The notes under the pieces: generated by a model
Databases searched by the model: none
What the model saw: only the letters and a program-made list of their open reading frames with translations
Told to the model about the DNA's origin: nothing
Translations under genes and position numbers: made by a program
From: Trichomonas gallinae
Lineage: Eukaryota
Reading direction: 5' to 3'
Assembly: GCA_008369845.1 (NCBI GenBank)
Contig: MRSU01002297.1
Span: 1 to 49,260 of the forward strand
DNA: 49,260 nt
Shown: in pieces, positions 1-10,411 of the stretch
Layout of the letters: every line of letters begins with the position of its first letter
Position numbering within the stretch: the stretch's first letter is position 1

Positions 1-134
1 TCCTTGGAGATGTTGTAGCCCTTGAGCTTGAGCTGGATATCGATTGTCTCGAGGAAGTTGCGCTTCTTTGTCTTGGCGCCCTCAAGAACGTCCTTGATAG
101 CCTTCTGGAGTGTTTCCTGGTGAAGATGTGTCAT
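1..134 (-). CDS. RPL10A: 60S ribosomal protein L10a (uL1), 5' part; runs off window start
   Basis: Reverse translation from ATG at 134: MTHLHQETLQKAIKDVLEGAKTKKRNFLETIDIQLKLKGYNISK; KKRNFLET.xQxxLKxY is the uL1 N-terminal signature; GC3-rich codons typical of highly expressed genes. Confidence 0.93.
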   Translation of the reverse strand, partial: MTHLHQETLQKAIKDVLEGAKTKKRNFLETIDIQLKLKGYNISK

Positions 135-141
135 CTATTTT

Positions 142-160
142 AAAGGCCATCCAAACCGTT
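142..160 (-). promoter_or_regulatory. Trichomonad M3 (AACGGTTT) + M5 (CCTTT) core promoter of the ribosomal protein gene
   Basis: Minus strand reads AACGGTTTGGATGGCCTTTAAAAATAG-ATG; CCTTT (M5) and a Myb-type DRCSGYTD (M3) element are described core-promoter motifs of T. vaginalis ribosomal protein genes. Confidence 0.7.
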
Positions 161-184
161 TTAATCGTCGATCCTCATAAATTT

Positions 185-436
185 GGTGTTTGACCCTAAA
201 TTATTCGGTGAAAGACCCTTATAATTTTGATTATGTTTTCAACTCTTTAATTTTGGTGTAAGACCCTAAAAATATTAGTTTCTTTTTGGACCCTGATAAT
301 TTAGGTGTTAGGCCCTAAATATTTTTATTTTGAATTCAGACCCTAAATATATGGTGTAAGACCCTTAATATTGTTAATAAAAGTGACAATTAACCTTTAT
401 GTTTTGGACCCTGGTTTAGTGGGTGTAAGAACCGTA
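185..436 (+). repeat. Array of GGTG-N3-GACCCT / GACCCT(AA) motifs in the divergent promoter
   Basis: GACCCT at 192, 214, 262, 289, 339, 360, 407; GGCCCT at 311; several preceded by GGTG at fixed spacing (185, 207, 255, 304, 353; degenerate copy at 422). Confidence 0.8.
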
Positions 437-446
437 AATGAAATCA

Positions 447-454
447 AAAGTGAC
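447..454 (+). promoter_or_regulatory. AAAGTGAC (M2 / reverse-Inr) motif upstream of protease gene
   Basis: Exact AAAGTGAC ending 8 nt before ATG 463; second copy at 380-387; same motif near several other starts in the window. Confidence 0.65.
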
Positions 455-462
455 ATATTTAC

Positions 463-2790
463 ATGCCAATTCCTATAATTTCTCCTTTTGTGCCACAAGC
501 TATAAAATATACTCCGAAAAAGGAAGTTTTTTCTTCTAAAGCTGAGAATTTCAGCATCGTTTACTGGGATTTGCCATCAGATCCATATTTCAACATTTCA
601 TATCACATGAGAAACACAGGGCAGCTTAACGGCATCGAAGGTGAAGATATTGGCATGACCAGTCAGTATTTAACCCATATGTACACAGGAAAAGGCGTCA
701 GAATACAGTTAGTTGACGATGGCGTCAATATTAATCACGATGACTTAAAACACGCTATAAAAAACGAAGGATTATACAACTTGGTCGACAAATCAAGGAA
801 TGTGAGGCCAACATCTCCAGATAAAAATCACGGATCTTCATGCGCTGGTTTAATTGCTTCGAAATGGGATAACAACATATGTGGTGCTGGAATTTCACCA
901 GATGTCGAACTTGGAGTTACAAAACTCCCAGATTCTGACGTTGGATATTCAACGATCGAAGAAGCCTTTAAATATCAGACAGGACAGATCAAAATCATGT
1001 CTAATTCGTGGGAAATCGAGAAATGCGATGAATTATCATGTCCTGCAACGCCTCAAAACAAAGATTATCAAACATTAATTGATCAAGCAACAAAGCAAGG
1101 AACTACATTCGTTTTCGCAGCAGGAAATGATGCCGCTAGACAAGGAGACACGAATCTTCATACAGTTTCCAACTGGAGACAAAATATTGTTGTTGGCGCC
1201 ACAACTAATCGTGGCCAGCACGCTTATTATTCGGATACAAGCAGTGCAATAACTGTTAACGCTCCATCGTCTTTGTCATCAAATTTGCAGCGTTTTGATG
1301 AAAAATTTTATCCAAAACTTCCTACGACGTCGTCTGTCGGTAATCAGTGTAACACAGGGTTTGGAGGAACATCATCGTCAGCACCTATTGTGTCTGGAGT
1401 CCTCGCTTTGCTTCTTCAAGCAAATCCAAGTTTGAATCCAAGAGATCTCGCTTATATCATTTCCATTTCGGCAACAGTCAATGACCCTAAGCATATTTCG
1501 TGGACTAAGAATGCCGCAGGTATATATTACAGTACATTTATGGGCTTTGGAAGAATAAATCTTGATCGCGCTTTACCTCTTGCGAATGACTGGATAAATC
1601 TTGAAGAAGAAGAGTCAGTTTATGCCGAAGTTCAGCACTACAATGATATTAAGGATGATTTAACTCTTAATTTCGAACTTGGATCTTTATTTATAGAAAC
1701 AATGGAATTATCATTCAAAATCGTATCAGAAAACTACGGTGATCTAAGAATTGAAGTTACTTCACCAGCAGGAACAAAAGCAATGGTTAAACAAGTTAAT
1801 ATTTTATCTAGAATCAACAACGACTTAACAGAGCGAACAATTACGATCAGAAACTTCTTGGGTGAGAACGCTAAAGGTATTTGGAAGGTCAGATTCAAAT
1901 ATTTCGGAATCCTTGACGCAGGAAAATTACATGATGCAAAACTTCAAGCGTTTGGTACCAAAGTTGTCCCATATCCAGCGAAAAGGCGTGAGCAGAAGCT
2001 CGGAAAATCACCATATGAGCACGATTTTCCAACGAAAAATGTTAAAATTTCAACATCAAAGAAAATCAAAATGTTTGAAACTGTCGAAGTCAAGATTAAG
2101 AATGCGAGCCCTGAATGTGGCTTCGAAGTCTACATTGAAGACCCAGAAGTCTCAGCGAGAACATATTACGGCATGAATATGGATGCAAAGTCAAAAACAT
2201 ACAAATTAAACATGCAAAACCTCAACATTCCGGATGGTTTCAAAGGAAATCTGGTTCTTGAGTCTCCTCAATGCGGCTGGACTGCGAAACAACAAATTAC
2301 AATCGAAAACCCGATTATTACACCTTCTTATGCTGTTGCTGGCTGGTTTAAGAATCCATTCTACGTCAGACTAGAATGGGGAAGATCATCAAAGAATTTA
2401 AGCCCAGAATTACCCGGAAATGAGGTTATTATTTCTGTAGTTTACGAGAACTTCAAGCATGACAGGTTTAGAGTCACAGATAACGGATATCAAATTCTTG
2501 AATCAATGTTTTCGAACAAGACTTATTTCTCGATTACCAAAACGTACTGCAAGACCCTGGATGACGACTGTTTCCTACACAAAATCGATGGCGTCGGTGA
2601 ACCAATTATTCATCACGAATCTAATTCGCATTATTACATTATCATATTCGCTGTATTCGCCGTGGTTATGGTTATTACTGCCGTCATTTTCGCTATTTTA
2701 TTCTGGAGGAAGAGAAAGAATTCGAAGAAAGAAATCAAATCATTTGATATGGACAGCAGAGCACTGATGTCAATGGGAACATTCTTCTGA
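463..2790 (+). CDS. Kexin/furin-like subtilisin (S8B) serine protease with P domain and C-terminal TM helix
   Basis: Catalytic motifs LVDDGV (Asp), NHGSSCAG (His), AAGND (oxyanion Asn), GTSSSAP (Ser); GFGRIN; P-domain GDLRIEVTSPAGT...FLGENAKGIW; hydrophobic TM YIIIFAVFAVVMVITAVIFAILFW followed by RKRK. Confidence 0.93.
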   Translation: MPIPIISPFVPQAIKYTPKKEVFSSKAENFSIVYWDLPSDPYFNISYHMRNTGQLNGIEGEDIGMTSQYLTHMYTGKGVRIQLVDDGVNINHDDLKHAIKNEGLYNLVDKSRNVRPTSPDKNHGSSCAGLIASKWDNNICGAGISPDVELGVTKLPDSDVGYSTIEEAFKYQTGQIKIMSNSWEIEKCDELSCPATPQNKDYQTLIDQATKQGTTFVFAAGNDAARQGDTNLHTVSNWRQNIVVGATTNRGQHAYYSDTSSAITVNAPSSLSSNLQRFDEKFYPKLPTTSSVGNQCNTGFGGTSSSAPIVSGVLALLLQANPSLNPRDLAYIISISATVNDPKHISWTKNAAGIYYSTFMGFGRINLDRALPLANDWINLEEEESVYAEVQHYNDIKDDLTLNFELGSLFIETMELSFKIVSENYGDLRIEVTSPAGTKAMVKQVNILSRINNDLTERTITIRNFLGENAKGIWKVRFKYFGILDAGKLHDAKLQAFGTKVVPYPAKRREQKLGKSPYEHDFPTKNVKISTSKKIKMFETVEVKIKNASPECGFEVYIEDPEVSARTYYGMNMDAKSKTYKLNMQNLNIPDGFKGNLVLESPQCGWTAKQQITIENPIITPSYAVAGWFKNPFYVRLEWGRSSKNLSPELPGNEVIISVVYENFKHDRFRVTDNGYQILESMFSNKTYFSITKTYCKTLDDDCFLHKIDGVGEPIIHHESNSHYYIIIFAVFAVVMVITAVIFAILFWRKRKNSKKEIKSFDMDSRALMSMGTFF

Positions 2791-3747
2791 TTTCGCTTGT
2801 TTTATATAATAATAAATGTTTTTAATCATCTTATCATTCAGCAGCATATATAATGAAGAGTTGTCAATTCTAAAGTCAATTTCAGCTGACAACATAAGCC
2901 GAAATTAACATAGAAATCAAGTTGATATAGCCTATTAATTGTCTTGAAATTGAATAATTCATCAAAACAACTATAAAAGATGACTCATAAGGACATGATA
3001 TTGATACTAGTGATTGTGTTTATAATGAAAAATTTGGTCGAATGAACGAATTCCAAAAAATAAACGAATGTTTTGTAAAATAAGTCGTGATTCTTTATGC
3101 TGTGTGATGTGCTATTTATATATTAAGCGTACGGTTAAAAATAACTAGAATTTCAAATTCCAACGAATATTTTAAATTGATGAAAAATATTGCTTGTAAA
3201 ACATTGCAATGCCATTTATATAACCGAAAATAACAAAATAACTTGATTTCATCAAGTTTTCAAAAAATTCATTACCCAAAAATTTTTTATGGAAATTTAG
3301 CATCGTTATAGAATTATAATCTATTATAACACAACATGGAAAATTTGGATTTTTAAAATTCGTTAAAAATCATATGAAAACTCTCATATTTTAATTTAGA
3401 AAATAATTTTTTGAAAAATTTACAGTATAAAAAACTAACGAATTTTCGAACAATTTGGATTTCATTAAATTTATTATCCATTAACTAACCCATATCTAAT
3501 AAAAAATAAATTTTACAAAATCATTTTACACTTTTCAGACTAATTTTGATGAATTTAGATATATTATATATTGTGCAGCCCAAAAATTACAAAAAATAAA
3601 ATTTCACAAAAAACTTTTGATTTTTCGAATAATTTTGAGAAATATGGGTATTAGATATGGTAAGGATTCCAAATTCATCAAAAAATCGAAGAATTATCCA
3701 AAATTTTAATTGTCCGATTTGTGAGCGAAAAAATAAAAATATAAAAA

Positions 3748-5790
3748 ATGCAGAATCTCCTTGACGGAGAATTGATTCTGCATTTGAAAGGGATGTTCGA
3801 AGCAGCGCTGAATCCCAATGCGCAGGAGGCAATATACAAAGATCTCCAAAATATGATAGAAAACGTACCAAACGTTTTATTCGATATCCTAGCCATCCTT
3901 TCTGACGAGTCCATTGGCCAAAATATACGTTTTGTGGCTGTTGCCACACTCAGAAATTATCATAATAATGTTCCTGAAGACTCAAAACCGATTTTTCTGC
4001 AGAACGTTTTCACCTACTTGGAATCTGCCATTCAAAATCCGGAATCAGTCTTAACTAGCCAGCTACAGGCCCTTTTCGCCACGATGTTTAGTACATACAG
4101 TTCTCAATACTATGAAAATCCATCATCAGTTGTTTTTGACTTACTTTCAAAGGATAACACTGCATCACTCGGCATGCAATGCATGCAGGATCAAATACAA
4201 CGCAATGTTTTACCAACAGATGATCTATTACAACATTTACTCAGATTTATTGTCGATAATTACGCGGCAACGAAACTATGCGAGCAGTCATTACAAGTTA
4301 TAAACTCATTATTGCTCAAATGGCCAGAAAATTACTTACAATTTGGATTAGAACATGTTCTTGCAGCTATTGATGAATTTGCTGTAAAATACAACGCAAA
4401 AGCGCTTTCTTATGGATATTCCATACTCGGAATCGTGTTTTATCATACGAGTGATGAAACTTTGGCAGAATTAGTAGCAAACTTAATACAGACTCAAGAT
4501 CAGACAACATTGATTGACTTAATGGAGGCATTCATGAGCTTCGAGATCATTCCATTCGATGTTAACATTGTTGCAGCATTATTTATTAGATTAGCCGACC
4601 AAGACGAATCAGGAGAAGGATCTGATTTCGCGTTCATGTGCCAGTTCGTTTTACACAATCTTTCCCTTGAAAACCCAGAACGTGTCAGTGAAATAATTAT
4701 GCCATTGTTATCTCAATGCGAGAATGACGCGCAGATCATTAGAACCATTGCCACAATAGACATGGAGCCCCAAAACCCACAGGATTTCATTCCCTTGATT
4801 CTACAACACTTGGAAGACGAATTACGCGGAGATTCTGTCCTTTGCCTTCAAAATATCTGCTTGAATGACCCGAGTTACGCATCAAGTACAGCAGAAGTCA
4901 TCATCCCGCTGATGCAAGACAACGATTCTGATGTTAGAGACAAAGTTTATTTTACATTGAAAGAAATCTTTCCATGCCAAGACGCAAAAGCGGAATGGCT
5001 TGAGCCACTGTTTAATAACCTGAAAGTTTTGCCCGAAACAATTACAGTTATGCAGATTTTATCTCAATTTCTCGAATGCGACCTTGTTTTCCCAGAATCA
5101 CACATAGAGGAGCTTCTAGGATACTTCATCGAGCTATTTATCACCGGAGAAGTCGAAGGTTCGTTATTAAGAACAATTGCCGTAATTTTGTCCCAGCTGA
5201 TACAAAAACACGAAACAGTGGCCCATTCCATCGCCGAACAGATTATTTGCCGCTCAAATGAGCTCATAGAAATAATCAATGACGATTTATATGAAAGTTT
5301 ATGCGGATTAGTTAATTCTTTGTACTGTAGGATCGGTATTCCTCTCAATGGGGAGCAGTTCTTCATAACGTTTGTCCAGTTAATGACAAAAGTTATGCCT
5401 GCGAGATGGAATTCGATAACAAAAGAAGAATCTTTCGGTTTCATGGCAACATTGTTCAAATTCGCACCAGAAATGACGCAAGAATTCGTTGGCCACTGGC
5501 TGGTTGTCACAGCTTATTTCTTCGAGAAAACATCTGTTATGTCCATTCCAACGATTTGCAATTTCTGGATTTCGCATATTAAGATGTTTGACAGGCAGCA
5601 CACAATGGCCTTGACATCTGGTGTATGTAACCTTTATGCAAAGAGATTTTCGGAAGTTGATTCAAAATCCGAGCTATTTTCTTTGTTATCACATCTTATT
5701 TCGCATCTACAGGAATTTGGACCAGTCGAACCCAACATTATTGGCTTCTACAACTCTCTGCAACAAGTTTTTTCAAACTCTGAAGAATGA
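3748..5790 (+). CDS. HEAT/ARM-repeat protein, importin-beta/transportin-like N-terminus
   Basis: 680-aa acidic all-helical ORF; N-terminal ALNPN..Q...Y..L and IRFVAVATLRN resemble IBN_N; HEAT-like PLMQDNDSDVRDKV. Confidence 0.6.
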   Translation: MQNLLDGELILHLKGMFEAALNPNAQEAIYKDLQNMIENVPNVLFDILAILSDESIGQNIRFVAVATLRNYHNNVPEDSKPIFLQNVFTYLESAIQNPESVLTSQLQALFATMFSTYSSQYYENPSSVVFDLLSKDNTASLGMQCMQDQIQRNVLPTDDLLQHLLRFIVDNYAATKLCEQSLQVINSLLLKWPENYLQFGLEHVLAAIDEFAVKYNAKALSYGYSILGIVFYHTSDETLAELVANLIQTQDQTTLIDLMEAFMSFEIIPFDVNIVAALFIRLADQDESGEGSDFAFMCQFVLHNLSLENPERVSEIIMPLLSQCENDAQIIRTIATIDMEPQNPQDFIPLILQHLEDELRGDSVLCLQNICLNDPSYASSTAEVIIPLMQDNDSDVRDKVYFTLKEIFPCQDAKAEWLEPLFNNLKVLPETITVMQILSQFLECDLVFPESHIEELLGYFIELFITGEVEGSLLRTIAVILSQLIQKHETVAHSIAEQIICRSNELIEIINDDLYESLCGLVNSLYCRIGIPLNGEQFFITFVQLMTKVMPARWNSITKEESFGFMATLFKFAPEMTQEFVGHWLVVTAYFFEKTSVMSIPTICNFWISHIKMFDRQHTMALTSGVCNLYAKRFSEVDSKSELFSLLSHLISHLQEFGPVEPNIIGFYNSLQQVFSNSEE

Positions 5791-6271
5791 TTTATTGTTT
5801 TTTATTATATTGTTTGTTCTTTTCTTATTTCACCCTTTGTATGTAATATTTCTTTTATATTTTAATATAATAAAGTATTTTTTCACCATCGCAATGATTA
5901 TCTTTTGTTTCAACACAAAAATCCAATCAAATCAAACTATTTGGATGACACAAATAATAGAATTAAATAAATTTTGATGTAATCAATTTATTTTTCAATT
6001 CTCAAAAATTACAAATGTATTAAGGTATTTTTTCATTTGAATTTAATCTATATAGGTGACAAAAATTATATATCCAAGCAACTATTTCATATTAAATCAA
6101 TTTTGTGAATTTGGAAAAATTTATTCAAATGATATTCTTCAATTTTCATTTAATTTAAGATCATATACAGATACAAATTTTGTTGTTATGATCAAATTTG
6201 GTTTTTAATTTTTTGCCACATAAAACAATTTTATTTGTCATAAAATCACTTTACTTGTCATAAAATGAGTA

Positions 6272-7702
6272 ATGAATGAAACTCGGTATTTCACTATATA
6301 TGATTCACTTATTTTTGTTTTATTGAGTTTCATTGCCGCTGCACTAAGACTTTATCGTATAGAATCTCCTAATGCACCTGTTTTTGACGAAGTTTACTTT
6401 GGAAATTTCACAAACTTCTATATAAAGCACGACTATTTCTTCGATATTCACCCACCATTAGGAAAATTAGTTATGGCTGGAATAGCAAAATTAACTCAAT
6501 ACAAAGGAAATATTCGATTTAGCAAGAAAAACTGGGAAATTTACGAAGACAACGAAATTTCATATGTATCACTACGTCTTACCCCTATAGTATTCCAATC
6601 TTTCTGTTTTCCACTAATATATTTAAGTTTAAGATGTTTTAGATTTTCATATTTAACATCATTCGCTGCATCCATCATATTAATAGCAGACACATCAATT
6701 ACATCTGAAGGAAAGTTTATTTTGTCCGATGGACTTCTTCATTTTTTCACTTGTTTGCATATCTTCGCTTTATCATTATTATACGCGCAGAACTTATATA
6801 TACAGGAATTTATATGCGGTGTTACTCTTGGTTGTGCAATTTGTTGCAAGAATACTGCACTTGGATTAATACTTTTAACAGCAGTTGTCCAGCTCTATTG
6901 GATATACGAGAATAGGCCAGATGTTGTCGAAATATATCAAAGAGCAGCTTCAATTTTGCTGCCAGCGATTTTTGTTTATTTCTTTTCATTTTCCGCTCAT
7001 TTTATGTTATTATGGAACAAAAAGGACAGCATAGGATATATGGATGATTATGGTCACAATAATATGCTCACATACGGCAAATATCAAGGAATTTTGTTAT
7101 CAAATGGAAATATTTTAGAAAAAATCGTTAGATTGATTATTAACATGCATCGAAGCAATATGAGGATCACAACACCCCACTATTCAGAGTCAAAACCTAT
7201 ATATTGGCCATTTTTGCAAGATCGACGAGTAATTTTCTTTTTTGATCAAAACAAACTGATAACATGCATGGGAAACCCGTTCGTTTACTACATATCGTCT
7301 TCTTTCGTTGCTTTGTCGTCGATTTTGTTCTTCAAACTCGATCATCGCCACATTTTTATGATTTTCGGCTGGATTTTCTCTTATTTTCCATTTGTTTTGA
7401 TTCCTAGGTCAGTGTTTTTGTATCATTACATAATTCCGCTGTTTTTCGCTGTAATGACAACATGCGCGACAATAGAAACCATTCTTCCCAGGAAAATATC
7501 GAAATTATTTTTAGTTGTTGTAATTATTTTGTCTGTTTATGGATATTTTTATTTCTCCCCTTATGTATATGGCTTGGAGTGTCCCAACTGTGAAAATACT
7601 AAGATGTGGGACAAACAATGGATATTCGGGCATAATACTCCTCAAGAAATCGATTCCGACGAGGAAACTACTACAGTTATGTATAGGACACTACCTGAAT
7701 GA
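6272..7702 (+). CDS. Dolichyl-phosphate-sugar:protein O-glycosyltransferase (PMT/GT39 family), lacking MIR domain
   Basis: PVFDEVYFG..FYI...YFFDIHPPLGKL (PMT DE motif), FILSDG, H.SES.P..WP, GNP and FLYHYIIP motifs; many TM segments. Confidence 0.92.
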   Translation: MNETRYFTIYDSLIFVLLSFIAAALRLYRIESPNAPVFDEVYFGNFTNFYIKHDYFFDIHPPLGKLVMAGIAKLTQYKGNIRFSKKNWEIYEDNEISYVSLRLTPIVFQSFCFPLIYLSLRCFRFSYLTSFAASIILIADTSITSEGKFILSDGLLHFFTCLHIFALSLLYAQNLYIQEFICGVTLGCAICCKNTALGLILLTAVVQLYWIYENRPDVVEIYQRAASILLPAIFVYFFSFSAHFMLLWNKKDSIGYMDDYGHNNMLTYGKYQGILLSNGNILEKIVRLIINMHRSNMRITTPHYSESKPIYWPFLQDRRVIFFFDQNKLITCMGNPFVYYISSSFVALSSILFFKLDHRHIFMIFGWIFSYFPFVLIPRSVFLYHYIIPLFFAVMTTCATIETILPRKISKLFLVVVIILSVYGYFYFSPYVYGLECPNCENTKMWDKQWIFGHNTPQEIDSDEETTTVMYRTLPE

Positions 7703-7753
7703 TCTCCATGTATGTATTTTCAAAATTATTCATGTTTCTATATATTTTTAAAT

Positions 7754-7995
7754 ATGGATGTTGATATCAACGATACAGCTTTGATTTTGGCTTCATATTA
7801 CGGTTATCATGAAATTGTGAAACTGATGTCAAATGTAAAAGACAGTAACAACAAAACAGCTTTGATTTTGGCTTCATTTAGACTTAATAATAATAATGAT
7901 GTCAAATACTTTATCGAAGTTCCTGGAATTGATGTAATCATGATTCTACAATAGAACAGCTTTGATTTTGGCTTCAATGAATGGTTATCATGATT
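7754..7995 (+). pseudogene. Decayed ankyrin-repeat gene fragment
   Basis: TALILAS..GYH motifs; 21-mer ACAGCTTTGATTTTGGCTTCA at 7775, 7856 and 7956, the third out of frame; repeats are shortened by deletions. Confidence 0.75.
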
Positions 7996-8182
7996 ATTCT
8001 CTTGTATTAATAAGAGATACTATCTATTATTATTTATATCGATATTGTTTCTGACTAGATGAGGAATGATCATAATTCATCATCCTCAAGATGCCATTTT
8101 AAGATAAAAATAAAAGAAATCATGTGATGTTATAAATGTTTCGAGCATGATTTTTTTTCTAAAATAATATTTACAACAAACT

Positions 8183-9376
8183 TTATTCTGCTTCTATTGA
8201 TGTTATGACAATTCTGCCTGCATATCTTCGCCCAGAAAGTGCTAATTGAGCTTTCTTTGCTGATTCTGGCGATTCATAATATATTTTAACAACAGCAAAC
8301 TCAGAACGCAGAGGAAGCTGCTCTATTGCTACATTAGTTATAGCTCCATATTTATTGCATTCTTCTTCCATTTCCGCACGAATTTCATTGACCAATTCAT
8401 GTTCATAAAGAACCATTGACTTAACAATATTATAAATGTATAAAACAGTGCCACCTAGAGGCTGCATTTGCTCTATTTGTGGTGAAACAGGCGTCGCAGC
8501 TACAATTTCTGGATTTAAAATATCAGGAATTGATTTTTCTTCTAGTAAATTAGGATTAACAATAGCGTAATTGTTAGATAAGCCTGCAGTAGTTTGCATA
8601 CGCAAAATACTGCTTTGATTTGGATTTTTCCAATCTTCATCTTGCGGAAAACAGACTTTCGCCACAATTAATGAATTTTCATAGTATTTTTTATTGATAG
8701 AGAACGCAGCTTTATCAGCAGTTTCTGGATTTTGTAAATCTACGAATGCAAAATCTGATTCAGTCACAATATATGTTGTTTTAATGGGAAAATCTGGCTC
8801 TAATATAGATTTTAGTATCTCATCTGTAATTTGCACTGATGGAATTTGTATATATACTGGATTTGAAATAGGTTTTGTTTCGATTGGAACAGAATCATCC
8901 GACGCGAATGTGTTATCTTGTATCCAAAGGAATGAAACCATGACATTATTAATAGTTATAGCTTTATCTAGTTGCACTAAAGCTTCTGCATCTTTTTGCG
9001 ATTTAAAATCTATAATTGCTGAGTATTTTTGAGGAATAAAGTCCATCCTTTCAATAGGGTTCTCATCAGTAATAAGTTTTCGTTTAAGAAGTGTCGTAAC
9101 AATCAGTTCCTGGAAAGATTCAGATGAAGTTCCGGCGGATATATTACATGCTAGAACTCTGCGTTTAGATTCCGATATATCATGACGAATCATCGACGGC
9201 AGCGCTATTCCTGACGTTGTTTTAAGTTTATTTACTAATTCTATAATTTCGGGTTTGTAAGGAAGCGAAATTCCCGGGGGAAGACCCAACGTAAAGCCCA
9301 TAGACTCGTATTCCTCGGGTCCTACGAACCACCCACCCCTCAATTGCTGTGGATTTATATATGATGAATCATGCAT
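8183..9376 (-). CDS. U2AF2: U2AF large subunit (U2AF65)-like RRM/UHM splicing factor
   Basis: First ATG at 9376 (the track start is TTG); RRM1-like KRRVLACNI, RRM2 DFAFVDL, C-terminal UHM VLYIYNIV...EMEEECNKYG...AKKAQLALSGRRYAGRIVIT; GW-containing N-terminal segment. Confidence 0.75.
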   Translation of the reverse strand: MHDSSYINPQQLRGGWFVGPEEYESMGFTLGLPPGISLPYKPEIIELVNKLKTTSGIALPSMIRHDISESKRRVLACNISAGTSSESFQELIVTTLLKRKLITDENPIERMDFIPQKYSAIIDFKSQKDAEALVQLDKAITINNVMVSFLWIQDNTFASDDSVPIETKPISNPVYIQIPSVQITDEILKSILEPDFPIKTTYIVTESDFAFVDLQNPETADKAAFSINKKYYENSLIVAKVCFPQDEDWKNPNQSSILRMQTTAGLSNNYAIVNPNLLEEKSIPDILNPEIVAATPVSPQIEQMQPLGGTVLYIYNIVKSMVLYEHELVNEIRAEMEEECNKYGAITNVAIEQLPLRSEFAVVKIYYESPESAKKAQLALSGRRYAGRIVITSIEAE

Positions 9377-10411
9377 CAAATTGTAAAAGGCAAATTTTTT
9401 TCTCCCCCCTTTGGAATAGGCATTCGCTAATGGTAAATAAATCAAAAACAAAAATTGGCGAATGATCGGGAAAATATTAAATTTTACATTTATATGGTTT
9501 TATCACTTTTTAGTATATGCATCATAGAGGAAAACAAACATGTATGATATTTATCAATAAAATTTCGATAAACACCAACTTTTTATAGATTGTAAAAATT
9601 AAATCATTAAACGAACTTTTCTAACGCTGAATACATGAATAGTAGATTCAGTATTTGCACAATATGGCAATAAAAATCACTCTTTTTACAAAATTTTTTG
9701 GAAAATTATTTTTCCAAGCAATTAAACATAGTTTTTCAATAATCAGTAGACATGTGAGTACATCACAACCATAAAAACACCCGATAAAGCGTTACTAGGC
9801 AAAATACCAAAGGAATCTTTTTGTATAAATATTTTAGTTGTTGTGAATTGTTGTAATAATAAAATGGGTTGTTTATGTTAGTTATACATGAGGGGGGTTT
9901 GCTTGTTTCAAGAAAAACAAATCCCTAATAAAAAAGGAAACAAAAAATAAATGAAAATTTCGAACTATATTGAAAAGTTAGTATTTTTACATTCATCTAA
10001 TTAGCAGTAATATTACAATAAAATATCCGATTAAAAAATTCGTACATAAAATATATAGTTCTCAAAAAGTGAATATTGAAAAAGCGTATTTTTCATAATA
10101 GACTATATAAAAATTAATCTATTCAAATAGGAGAATAATATTTTAGCTAAACGCATTTCCTTTCAAAAAGTAAGTATGAAGGTTTGTTTGTTTAATCTTA
10201 TTATTAACATAAATTTATTACAGGAAAAAATTTCTTATAACCGTTGACCTAAAAAATAAAACCCTAGAAATTAGCTGTAAACCAGAGTAAATCAACTGCG
10301 TGAATAAAAGATGCTGCTTTTTGAAAAATAGCGGTTTTGATTATTTTCAATTGAGAGAGCACTCAAAAATGTTTCATAAAAATCGGTTATTTATTTATCT
10401 TTTAAACACTC

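Noticed and set aside
2815..2960. Ankyrin relic (TTLHY-AAE) on the minus strand
   Set aside because: A single short frameshifted motif in AT-rich DNA; could be chance.
3587..3949. Minus-strand ORFs overlapping the importin-like start
   Set aside because: F/I/L/K-rich AT-driven ORFs with non-ATG starts and no motifs.
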